Counted from the stretch's first letter, positions 52,048-59,895 are shown. The stretch is DNA of 64,000 bases from a virus (IMGVR_UViG_3300031760_000033:11727-75726), one strand, 5' to 3'. Program-made: numbers and translations. The notes: generated from the letters alone by a model not told the origin.

Positions 52048-53244
52048 TTATATGACAACATATTGACGCTTCATTGTTCCGACCAATGTCGATAACTCCA
52101 CGTCCGCTATCCCGTCCACCACGGGTGATATTTCTCCTATGAGATTCTGCTTCTGCAAGCCGAATCTCTTTATATTCACTGCTGCTAGCAAGTCGCGGTC
52201 GTTGTGCCGTCCACACTGCGGGCAATCCCACTCTCGGTCTTTTAGTGTCAAGTTTTTATTGATATACCCGCATAGGCACATTTTAGAACTTGGCTCGAAG
52301 CGACCGATACGAATAAGATTTTTTCCATACCAGTCGCATTTGTATTGCAACTGACGGAAGAACTCAGACCAACTTGCAGAAGAGATATGTTTGGCGAGGC
52401 TGTGATTTTTGAGCATACCACTCACATTCAAGTCCTCAATAATTACCGTTTGGTTTTCGCGGACAATTCTTGAAGTAACTTGGTGAATGAAATTTTCGCG
52501 TCTATTGCATATTTTTTCATGTTGCTTTGCAACTGCTATCTTCGCTCTTTCTCTCCTTTTACTTTCTTTCTGTTTTCTTGAAAGGCGTTTTTGTAATACT
52601 TTTAGTCGTTTTTCATCTTTCTCAAAAAATTTAGGGTTAGAATAAACTTGACCGTTTGATAGGACTGCAAAATCCTTTATTCCGACATCAATACCAACTG
52701 CGGTGTCAGTCGTTATCGGTGCTTTCTGCGGTAGCGGCTTTCCGTCATCAACAAGAATGGAAATATAATACTTTCCGGTAGGGGTCTTTGATATTGTACA
52801 AGTGCCTATTTTGCCATCAAAACTTCTATTTTTACCAAACTTAACCCATCCGCATTTTGGCAATTTTATATGATGTGTTTCAAAATTTATAGACACATCT
52901 TTGACGACTTGAAAAGATTTCTTATTTTGCTTTTTTGAACGGAACTTTGGAAATCCTCTCTTTTCTCTGAAAAATTTTGTAAAAGACGAGTCTAAATTTC
53001 TAATTGAGCATTGTAGAGTTTGTATGGAAATTTCGTTTAACCAATAGGTTTCTTTTTGTTTTTTTAGGTTGGTTAATTGCTTACAACTTTCTACCCAAGA
53101 AATGCGAGTGCCGTCTTTTTGGTAGGCTTCGATACGCTGATTAAGTGCCCAATTATAGACAAATCTAACACAACCAAACGACTTCTCGAAGAAAGTAATT
53201 TGCTCATTGTTAGGATATAATCTATACTTGTATGTCTTAATCAT
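52048..53244 (-). CDS. tnpB: TnpB RNA-guided endonuclease (IS200/IS605 family, no TnpA)
   Basis: KTYKYRLYP HTH; RuvC D (GIDVGIK), E (IIEDL), D (DRDLLAAVNI); Zn ribbon CLCG/CPQCG. Confidence 0.95.
   Translation of the reverse strand: MIKTYKYRLYPNNEQITFFEKSFGCVRFVYNWALNQRIEAYQKDGTRISWVESCKQLTNLKKQKETYWLNEISIQTLQCSIRNLDSSFTKFFREKRGFPKFRSKKQNKKSFQVVKDVSINFETHHIKLPKCGWVKFGKNRSFDGKIGTCTISKTPTGKYYISILVDDGKPLPQKAPITTDTAVGIDVGIKDFAVLSNGQVYSNPKFFEKDEKRLKVLQKRLSRKQKESKRRERAKIAVAKQHEKICNRRENFIHQVTSRIVRENQTVIIEDLNVSGMLKNHSLAKHISSASWSEFFRQLQYKCDWYGKNLIRIGRFEPSSKMCLCGYINKNLTLKDREWDCPQCGRHNDRDLLAAVNIKRFGLQKQNLIGEISPVVDGIADVELSTLVGTMKRQYVVI
52063..52200 (-). ncRNA. Predicted TnpB omega-RNA scaffold / right end (5' boundary approximate)
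   Basis: Hairpins at 52111-52125 and 52076-52096; ends GAAGCG-TCAA at 52063; putative guide TATGTTGTCATATAACGACA follows. Confidence 0.6.
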
Positions 53245-53249
53245 ATATG

Positions 53250-53257
53250 CAAAGATA
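53250..53257 (-). promoter_or_regulatory. Sigma-A -7 box giving a near-leaderless tnpB transcript
   Basis: TATCTTTG ends 5 nt upstream of the ATG. Confidence 0.7.
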
Positions 53258-53283
53258 ATAAAAATAATTAAAACAACAAGAAA

Positions 53284-53496
53284 TTAGTTATTTTTTTTGT
53301 TATTAAATAATTTTTCCAGTTCATCTTGTAATAAATCGAAGGCTTCGTTATTGCAGATGTGCTCGTATGCCTCTCTCCATTCCATTGCCTTGTCGTGGAA
53401 ATACGCTCCGTCGGCGAAATAGACGCTTTGAGCCATAGCACGGATTATATCCATGTCATTCGCAGTTACCTTTTGATGTGCTTCTACTTCTTTCAT
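53284..53496 (-). CDS. Hypothetical protein
   Basis: 70-aa ORF with A-rich leader. Confidence 0.65.
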   Translation of the reverse strand: MKEVEAHQKVTANDMDIIRAMAQSVYFADGAYFHDKAMEWREAYEHICNNEAFDLLQDELEKLFNNKKNN

Positions 53497-53573
53497 TGTC
53501 TTTTTGACTTGGTGCCCGTGGGTTTGTCTCCTCGCCTACGGGCTGTTTGCAGATTGGGTTGGCGAACCTCGGG

Positions 53574-53840
53574 TTAATCTACGACTTTCACCTCTTCGAT
53601 TGGGTGCTCTTTTGCCCACTGAAGTTTGAGGTCGTTCATACGGCGTTCGACGTCGTGCTGGCGTGCGGTGTGTTCGTCGCGCTGCTTGTTCACGACTTCT
53701 TTGTAATAGTCGTTTTCGTTGCGTATGCGTTCGGTGTGTTCCTTGTTCAAGGTGTCAAGGATTTCGCGATTTTTTTTCGCGTTAGACTGCTGCTCCTCAC
53801 GGAGTTCTTGCATTTTTGTGAGATACTGTTCTCTGTTCAT
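53574..53840 (-). CDS. Coiled-coil hypothetical protein
   Basis: 88 aa, E/R/Q-rich. Confidence 0.7.
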   Translation of the reverse strand: MNREQYLTKMQELREEQQSNAKKNREILDTLNKEHTERIRNENDYYKEVVNKQRDEHTARQHDVERRMNDLKLQWAKEHPIEEVKVVD

Positions 53841-53872
53841 TTTTTTTGAATTTTAATTTGTTAAACTTTGGG

Positions 53873-54280
53873 TTAATTAGGTTGATTGTTAATTGAATCT
53901 TCAACGTCTGGGTTGATGAGCATCGGCAGGAAGATTTCGTCGAGGCGCTTCTTGGGCCACGGGTGCTCTTTCTGATAAGCCTCGCGGCGGGCCTTCTCTT
54001 CCGGTGAGTTGTAGAGCTTCTCGCTCTGCGGGAATTTCCACTTGCGGACGATTGGGTCGTCTTTCTCCATCAGGCGGCGCTCGACCTCTTTCAGGTCTGC
54101 CGTGTTGTCAATCTGGACCTGAGATACTTTGACAGTGGCACAGACGTTACGCTGTGTGGTGCCAGTCTTGGTGAATGTGATTTCCGGATAGTAATAGTCA
54201 ACTATCTCAATCAATACCTTGTCGCCATACTTTTCGATGAGGCGCTGGCGCTCTTTTTCAATTTTCGTTTTTGTTGCCAT
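53873..54280 (-). CDS. Hypothetical protein
   Basis: 135-aa ORF. Confidence 0.7.
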   Translation of the reverse strand: MATKTKIEKERQRLIEKYGDKVLIEIVDYYYPEITFTKTGTTQRNVCATVKVSQVQIDNTADLKEVERRLMEKDDPIVRKWKFPQSEKLYNSPEEKARREAYQKEHPWPKKRLDEIFLPMLINPDVEDSINNQPN

Positions 54281-54290
54281 ATTGTAGGTT

Positions 54291-54989
54291 CTAAATGATT
54301 GGTAAATCGAACTCGTCTTTCACAATTTTCATTACGAGGTCTTTTTCGTTGTCCGTCCAAGGCAGGTGGATGCCATAATCCTTAGACACAAAATCTCCTT
54401 CACTGATGTTAAGAATAGGCATTACCAACATAAGGTCCCCATTATTTCGCTCGTTAATGGTAGCTCCAAAGGAATGACCGATGTACCATCCTTTGAGTCC
54501 CCAAGACAATATCATTTTCCCAAACCTTGGTGACACCCAAAAATTTTTACCGGTATGAAAGCGTACCGAGACTTCGCTATTTCTAAATTGAGGAGTATTA
54601 TGTAGTTTGGTCGCAGCCAAAACTCTATCCTTAAACCAAGCATCAATAACCACCTCTTCGTAAGTAGTGTCGTATCTTGGTTTTTGTCGTTTGATAGACC
54701 CTCTTTCGGTATATGCCCGTGGGATGGTCGGCTTCCAATTTGGATATTTCGCAAGGATTGTGTGATGTCCGTCAGGGGCTTTGATGTATGTGCCGTTTTT
54801 CAAAGCAGAGCCATCTTTATAGACAATCATGTCGGCTTTGTCTTGGTCGTAAAGCTCGTGACAGATAAGCATTACATGCGCGTCGGTTGCCACAGCCGCT
54901 TTCTCTTCCGGGTCCATATATACGCCGCACATGGCCGGCTTGAACTTGTCTTTGCTGACAAATTTCCAAATGAAGTTTTTAAGTTCCAT
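54291..54989 (-). CDS. Protein with a sliding-clamp (beta) central-domain-like N-terminus
   Basis: KD.FKPAMCGVY...AVATDAHVM...KYPNWK resembles the DnaN domain-2 VATDGHRL...G.YP motifs. Confidence 0.45.
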   Translation of the reverse strand: MELKNFIWKFVSKDKFKPAMCGVYMDPEEKAAVATDAHVMLICHELYDQDKADMIVYKDGSALKNGTYIKAPDGHHTILAKYPNWKPTIPRAYTERGSIKRQKPRYDTTYEEVVIDAWFKDRVLAATKLHNTPQFRNSEVSVRFHTGKNFWVSPRFGKMILSWGLKGWYIGHSFGATINERNNGDLMLVMPILNISEGDFVSKDYGIHLPWTDNEKDLVMKIVKDEFDLPII

Positions 54990-55000
54990 GATATTTTTGA

Positions 55001-55948
55001 TTAAAGGTTGTTTGCTATTGCATAATCCACAACGACGTCGCGTCTGAGCGACAGGGCGCTGGCTATCTCTGTGTACGACATATCCTCGCTACTGAGCATC
55101 CTGACAAGCTCAATCTCCATTTCAGGAGTAATCTCGGTGAACCAGAGGTCGTCGTTCTTGGGATTGATATGCGCGTCTTCGTCAATCATGCCGGCGTACT
55201 GCATACACAGGTAAGGCTCGGTGGCAATCTTGACGGTCATAACGTCGGACAGCTTCTCGCCGACCCGCGTCTTAATCTGCTTGACGTACTTGGTTTCGTT
55301 GTTCAGCTGTGAGGGAGCGATAGCAAAGGCGCTGTCGCAGAAGTTGAGTATCATCTTCGTTCCTCCGAGGCTGTTGTCCGTGATTGGTGTGTTAGGCTTA
55401 CGCTTGGGACAATGTGCGATGAGTAGGATGGTCAGGCCGAACCTGCTTTTGAGAGTCTTCAACTCAGAAATCAGCTCTTTCATCTTTGCTGCCGAGAAGA
55501 TGGAGCCGAAGCCGTTGGTAATGTTGTCGATGATGATGAACTTGGGCGGTCTGTCCGAGCTTTGCTGGAGAATAATCTCGGTCTTAATGGCCGAGAAGAG
55601 TTTGCTCTCGACGCACTTTAGGACGTCCACCTCCGTCCTATGGAAGTCGTCGGTCATATAATCACCGGCGTTGCGGTATCTGTCTGCGTACTGCTTGCTG
55701 GTCATTTCCATGTCGATGTACATGGTGGGTATCTTCGGCGATACCATTCCGGGCCATTCGTGGCCGCCTCCGCAGACAAAGAAGGCGATGTCGTTGGCGA
55801 GGATTGATTTGCCGGTGTTGCTGTCGCCGAACAGGATGCCAAGCTCACCCTCGTAGAGGTATCTGCCGAACACCGGACGGCTGCTTTCCGTTGTCTGGGC
55901 GAGGATTTCCTTGCCCGACTGTGTTCTTACTAAATCTTTGATGGCCAT
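55001..55948 (-). CDS. RecA-fold AAA_25 ATPase/helicase
   Basis: GELGILFGDSNTGKS; IDMEM; IIIDNI; LLIAH..K; KQIKTR. Confidence 0.85.
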   Translation of the reverse strand: MAIKDLVRTQSGKEILAQTTESSRPVFGRYLYEGELGILFGDSNTGKSILANDIAFFVCGGGHEWPGMVSPKIPTMYIDMEMTSKQYADRYRNAGDYMTDDFHRTEVDVLKCVESKLFSAIKTEIILQQSSDRPPKFIIIDNITNGFGSIFSAAKMKELISELKTLKSRFGLTILLIAHCPKRKPNTPITDNSLGGTKMILNFCDSAFAIAPSQLNNETKYVKQIKTRVGEKLSDVMTVKIATEPYLCMQYAGMIDEDAHINPKNDDLWFTEITPEMEIELVRMLSSEDMSYTEIASALSLRRDVVVDYAIANNL

Positions 55949-55951
55949 AAC

Positions 55952-56239
55952 TTAGTCTATTACTGATTTGATACTTTCGATTGCGGACTCTATGTCAAGC
56001 GAGGCTTCTTTCAGAGTCCAGTTAGAACAATCCAGCCTGTCGAAGCGGGATGAACACTGCAAGCCTTTCGGTAGGTTGTCGTAAATATCCATGCCGGCGT
56101 TGGCCATCTTTTCGATGACTTTCTGCTGCTCGGATAACGTCCTCACCACTTGGAGTAGTGTACCCCTGCTTTCTTTGTTCAGGATTGTCTTCTCGCTTTT
56201 TTCACGGGCCTCGCTCCGCTTCCGGTCGAATAATGACAT
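55952..56239 (-). CDS. Hypothetical helical protein (paralog of 57464-57700)
   Basis: NK..R.T...IE.M...D.Y.NLP.G.Q.S.R shared. Confidence 0.7.
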   Translation of the reverse strand: MSLFDRKRSEAREKSEKTILNKESRGTLLQVVRTLSEQQKVIEKMANAGMDIYDNLPKGLQCSSRFDRLDCSNWTLKEASLDIESAIESIKSVID

Positions 56240-56244
56240 GACGT

Positions 56245-56319
56245 TTATTTTACGAAGGATTTACCCGTATTGTATTTGTACCCGTCGCACAGGAGGGTAA
56301 GAAGAATGATGAAAAACAT
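56245..56319 (-). CDS. Putative 24-aa hydrophobic peptide
   Basis: MFFIILLTLLCDGYKYNTGKSFVK after an A-rich leader; fills the gap. Confidence 0.35.
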   Translation of the reverse strand: MFFIILLTLLCDGYKYNTGKSFVK

Positions 56320-56343
56320 GATTGATTGTTTTGGTTTATGAGT

Positions 56344-56371
56344 TAGGGAAGGACATCAAAGTCCGTCCCTA
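56344..56371 (-). promoter_or_regulatory. DGR target-recognition hairpin downstream of the VR2 IMH
   Basis: TAGGGA-C-GGAC[TTTGAT]GTCC-T-TCCCTA; same loop as the VR1 hairpin. Confidence 0.75.
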
Positions 56372-56385
56372 TAATGTTTTAAGTC

Positions 56386-56994
56386 TTAGTGCTTGAACGC
56401 GGCACACGCCCTCACTGCCAACGAGTAGTACTTGAAGCTGCCGTAGTAGTAGACGCCACCATAGGTGAAGTTGACGAACCAAGCGCCGCTGGTGCCGTAC
56501 TCCGCGGACGTCCAGTAGTAACCTTTCAGCTCGTCGCCACCAATCTCTCGAATAGCGGCATTGATTTCGTCGCGGTAGGCAGCCATGAGGAGGCCCTGCT
56601 TGTGGGAGAAGGTTTCCTTCCCGACCTCTTTGAGGCGTTTCATGGCATCGGGCCACTCATATTCCTTGCCGTCATCAAGGTCGTGAGCCTCGATGAACAT
56701 ATCCACGTCGCCGATACAGAAGCGAACACCCTTCTGGCCGTCCTGCTCGGCAATGCTGACGATGGGGACTCGCTCGAAGTTCGGGCAATCGTGCTTCTCG
56801 GCAATGAGAGGATGGAAGGTCTCGGCGTGTTGGCATCCACATCCGGGGATGTACTCCACCTCAGGCTGGCTCTCCCAATCCTTGCCGTACATTTCTGCCA
56901 TGAGTTCGTTGGCAATCTTGACTACGTTCTTGATTTCGTAGTCTTGGTGAATCATGGCGATGATAATCTGATGTCTTTGTTCTTGCTTTGTCAT
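56386..56994 (-). CDS. Remote DGR target 2: small C-type-lectin-fold (DUF1566-like) protein
   Basis: 202 aa, no signal peptide or TM; ends YYWTSAEYGTSGAWFVNFTYGGVYYYGSFKYYSLAVRACAAFKH. Confidence 0.9.
   Translation of the reverse strand: MTKQEQRHQIIIAMIHQDYEIKNVVKIANELMAEMYGKDWESQPEVEYIPGCGCQHAETFHPLIAEKHDCPNFERVPIVSIAEQDGQKGVRFCIGDVDMFIEAHDLDDGKEYEWPDAMKRLKEVGKETFSHKQGLLMAAYRDEINAAIREIGGDELKGYYWTSAEYGTSGAWFVNFTYGGVYYYGSFKYYSLAVRACAAFKH
56398..56520 (-). repeat. DGR variable repeat VR2
   Basis: 123 nt versus 117 nt of TR (20188-20304): 20 substitutions, all at TR adenines (12 G, 8 T), plus two extra NNC codons. Confidence 0.96.
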
Positions 56995-57000
56995 AATAGG

Positions 57001-57222
57001 TTAGTTTAAGATTGATTTGAATTTCTTTTTTAATTCTCGGAAGGCGTTGTCGAGGGCCTCGATATTGCTGTACGACTGCTCACCGATTACGGTAGTGAAG
57101 CCGTGCTTGATTTTGAACTGGTAGAACTCTCCGTTCACCAACCTCCACCATAACATGCACTTACCCAGCCGTTCCACCTCTATTTCCTGCCCCCCCCCAT
57201 TCCATAACTGATTGTTTTTCAT
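57001..57222 (-). CDS. Hypothetical protein containing a G9 tract
   Basis: Start MKNNQLW at 57222; GGG GGG GGG codons at 57198-57190. Confidence 0.6.
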   Translation of the reverse strand: MKNNQLWNGGGQEIEVERLGKCMLWWRLVNGEFYQFKIKHGFTTVIGEQSYSNIEALDNAFRELKKKFKSILN

Positions 57223-57233
57223 TGGTTTGAATT

Positions 57234-57461
57234 TTACAAGTCTTGCCACCACTTGTTTGAATTATCCACAGGAGGCTTCGGCACAATCACCGAGTCTTTC
57301 CTGACCCAGATGCAGTCGCCGTACTGACGTCCCCTGACGTTGGGAGCCAAGAGTTTTATAAAGTAACTCTGCTCGGTTTCCTTGATGACATCGCAAGGTA
57401 CTCTACAATGCTCCGGCTCCTTATCGTACCGGAAGTTCAAAAACTTGTATGTGGCTTCCAT
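57234..57461 (-). CDS. Hypothetical SH3-like protein
   Basis: 75 aa; PC.VIKETEQSYFI.L...WVRK. Confidence 0.6.
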   Translation of the reverse strand: MEATYKFLNFRYDKEPEHCRVPCDVIKETEQSYFIKLLAPNVRGRQYGDCIWVRKDSVIVPKPPVDNSNKWWQDL

Positions 57462-57463
57462 GA

Positions 57464-57700
57464 TTAGCCCTCCCCCTGTGCTTCGCTGAGGTAGTCGAGG
57501 GCTTCGTCGAGGCTGTTGGCTGCTGCCTCCAAACTCTCGATGCCTTCGTACATCGCGGTTCCACGGTCGCTGTCTTGGATGCCCTCAGGGAGGTTTTCGT
57601 ACTTGTCGTTCTCTTCCTCCTGCATTTCCTCAATGCCGGACTTTATTTCTTCGAGAGACTCTTTCCATCCGTCGATGGTCTTGCGTTGGTTCTTGTTCAT
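57464..57700 (-). CDS. Acidic helical-hairpin protein (paralog of 55952-56239)
   Basis: MNKNQRK...EEE.DKYENLPEGIQDSDRG...LE.A. Confidence 0.75.
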   Translation of the reverse strand: MNKNQRKTIDGWKESLEEIKSGIEEMQEEENDKYENLPEGIQDSDRGTAMYEGIESLEAAANSLDEALDYLSEAQGEG

Positions 57701-57719
57701 GTCTGTTGGGTTTTATTGG

Positions 57720-57977
57720 TTAATACGTTTTTCTCTTTCGTCCGGCCAGCTCATGTGCATAGGGGCTTTCGCTTCCCAGCACGATGTCCGTGTCCTTGCC
57801 GTTGATGGTGTATGTCATCTTCACCTCGCCGTTGTCCGTGTAGGATGCCTTAATATCCGTGATGGCTTCCTTCCGACCAGTATAGAGGTTGCTGAACATA
57901 GATACATAACCACGGGCGCGGTGGCGGGCGATATTGAGGTCTTTCTGGACCTTATCAATCATTTCTTGGTACAGCAT
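57720..57977 (-). CDS. Hypothetical protein
   Basis: 85-aa coupled ORF. Confidence 0.6.
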   Translation of the reverse strand: MLYQEMIDKVQKDLNIARHRARGYVSMFSNLYTGRKEAITDIKASYTDNGEVKMTYTINGKDTDIVLGSESPYAHELAGRKRKTY

Positions 57978-58264
57978 TACTCAACCTCCTTCCCTTCGAT
58001 TTCTACCACGCTGTCGAACTTGCAACAGCGCCAGTCGGATTTTTCGAGGTCGTAGTACGAGGTCTGGTCCGGACGCTCAACCCGCTCGGACTCGGAGTGC
58101 TTGAACTGCTTGTCTGCCTCAGGCACATCGTCGAGATTGAGGGTTCCGACGGCTGCACGGCGGCTGCCGTCTTTCTTGATGAATACGAAGTTGGTCTTGC
58201 CAGCCTTCAATGCGGTGCGCAGCACTTCGGGCACGTCTTCTCTTTTGATTTTGTTTTCTTCCAT
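57977..58264 (-). CDS. WYL_2/DUF2693-like SH3-barrel protein
   Basis: FVFIKKDGSRR.AVGTL...YYDLEKSDWRC. Confidence 0.7.
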   Translation of the reverse strand: MEENKIKREDVPEVLRTALKAGKTNFVFIKKDGSRRAAVGTLNLDDVPEADKQFKHSESERVERPDQTSYYDLEKSDWRCCKFDSVVEIEGKEVE

Positions 58265-58282
58265 TGTGTGATGATTTATGGG

Positions 58283-58576
58283 TTAGTTTACATATTTTGG
58301 TCTTAGCTCGACACGATAATGCTCTTCGTAGTAACTGCCCTCGTTGTAGGCAAAATACTCGCGGCGCATCTGGTCGCCGTCCTCTTCAAAGTCATAGACG
58401 TTCTCGGTCTTGACATCAAAGTCGTTTCCGTCCGCATGGCCGTTGTGTATCTTTTTGACGAGCTTATCATACTGATTTCTTGCTTTCTCATGGGTGTCGT
58501 AAACGAACAACTCCAGAGCCTCATTGTCGTTTACCCACTCATAGATAACGACGAATACCACTTTCTTATTGTCCAT
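58283..58576 (-). CDS. Acidic hypothetical protein
   Basis: Start MDNKK; D/E-rich. Confidence 0.65.
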   Translation of the reverse strand: MDNKKVVFVVIYEWVNDNEALELFVYDTHEKARNQYDKLVKKIHNGHADGNDFDVKTENVYDFEEDGDQMRREYFAYNEGSYYEEHYRVELRPKYVN

Positions 58577-58581
58577 AATTG

Positions 58582-58935
58582 TCAATTTTTGTCAGTTTTT
58601 GTATGAATTTCTACGATGTCGTCCCAGCTGTACACCTCCTCATCTTTGTACATGATGTTTGTGTCAGCGGCGCCGTTGCAGCAATAGTCGAAGTCTTCGG
58701 CATTAGCTCCAAGCTCATCTACGGCCCTTTCAATGACGGCCTCGCAGATGTACGATGCGATACGGTTGCCTAACTGAGGATGGTTGTCGCCGAGGCACTC
58801 GTTCAGGTGGTCTATCGTCTCATCGTCTGACCAGTCGAGAGACACACCGAACTTCTTTTCCATTTCGTCCAGATACTCGCCGTTGTCATAGACACCGATG
58901 CAGCGGAGTACCCAATCTCCCCATCCGTCGTTCAT
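58582..58935 (-). CDS. Highly acidic hypothetical protein
   Basis: About 29 D/E versus 8 K/R in 117 aa (hand count). Confidence 0.7.
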   Translation of the reverse strand: MNDGWGDWVLRCIGVYDNGEYLDEMEKKFGVSLDWSDDETIDHLNECLGDNHPQLGNRIASYICEAVIERAVDELGANAEDFDYCCNGAADTNIMYKDEEVYSWDDIVEIHTKTDKN

Positions 58936-59279
58936 TTGGCACCTCCTTCCTTGATGTACTCCAGCAGGACTGAGAGCATTTCCGGATAGACAGCGCTGCG
59001 GTAGCAGACCTCGCTATCATTGACAGTGTTGCCGGTGTCGGTATCGAGGACCAGCTGGCCACAATCTCCGATGGAGAGTCGCATAATCTGCTCCTCGCGG
59101 GTCTCACCGTCATCGTAGCCGATGATGGCGTACATGTTGTCATTATTGCCGTCATAGACGGATATTGTCTGACCTTCCTGCTGCCCTACGAGGTACTTGA
59201 TTTCCTCAAAACAACGGTCGCTACGCTCGTTGATTTGCTTTATGATGTTGGTAACATCGCTATCTTTCAATCTTTCCAT
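58932..59279 (-). CDS. Hypothetical protein
   Basis: 115 aa with ATGA coupling. Confidence 0.7.
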   Translation of the reverse strand: MERLKDSDVTNIIKQINERSDRCFEEIKYLVGQQEGQTISVYDGNNDNMYAIIGYDDGETREEQIMRLSIGDCGQLVLDTDTGNTVNDSEVCYRSAVYPEMLSVLLEYIKEGGAK

Positions 59280-59286
59280 GATAGAT

Positions 59287-59547
59287 TTAATTTATGGGTT
59301 CGAGATAAAGTTTGGTTGATGTGCCTCTTTGGGAAATGTGTCCGCACACCTTATACGGCTTCCGATTGAATGTGATATACTGGCATTGATGGGTGCGCCA
59401 TGTTTCCAGAGTATCACCCTTTGTGCTGCATATCTTGGTCGTCTTCCCGTCCGTAACCTCCAGCTTTCCGTATGGCATCGTGTGTCGGTTTCCGAAGTAC
59501 GGGAACACCCAATCGACAATGCGTTTGATTCTGACTTGGTTTGACAT
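59287..59547 (-). CDS. Hypothetical basic protein
   Basis: QYITFNRKPYKV motif. Confidence 0.6.
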   Translation of the reverse strand: MSNQVRIKRIVDWVFPYFGNRHTMPYGKLEVTDGKTTKICSTKGDTLETWRTHQCQYITFNRKPYKVCGHISQRGTSTKLYLEPIN

Positions 59548-59551
59548 AATA

Positions 59552-59890
59552 TTAGGTGTTTTTGAACGTGTTTACATACCAGCCACATGGAGTTTCTTCG
59601 CTGAGACAGCAAAGAGGCGTGGGCGTCGCTTTCTCATAATACTTTACTGCATCCTCAACGGATATTTCTCCCTGATACTGATTGCAGCAGTCGGCGACAT
59701 CCATAAAATCTTCATATTTCCAGCTGTCTGTATCTATTAGACGGAATCGGACATCGGTAAATTGGACTAATTGGAGCCCCTCTTCTCCTCCATCGAAAAT
59801 ATATCCGTCAATATGAACAACCTTATGGCCATCTTCGTCTTTTTCGACCTGATACAATTCGCAGTCGAGGTATTGTTTTACGTCTTCCAT
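59552..59890 (-). CDS. Acidic hypothetical protein
   Basis: 112-aa ORF. Confidence 0.65.
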   Translation of the reverse strand: MEDVKQYLDCELYQVEKDEDGHKVVHIDGYIFDGGEEGLQLVQFTDVRFRLIDTDSWKYEDFMDVADCCNQYQGEISVEDAVKYYEKATPTPLCCLSEETPCGWYVNTFKNT

Positions 59891-59895
59891 GATGG

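Noticed and set aside
59134-59143. Self-target of the TnpB guide (ATGTTGTCAT)
   Set aside because: Only 10 nt, missing the first guide base; expected by chance in 128 kb of two-strand sequence.
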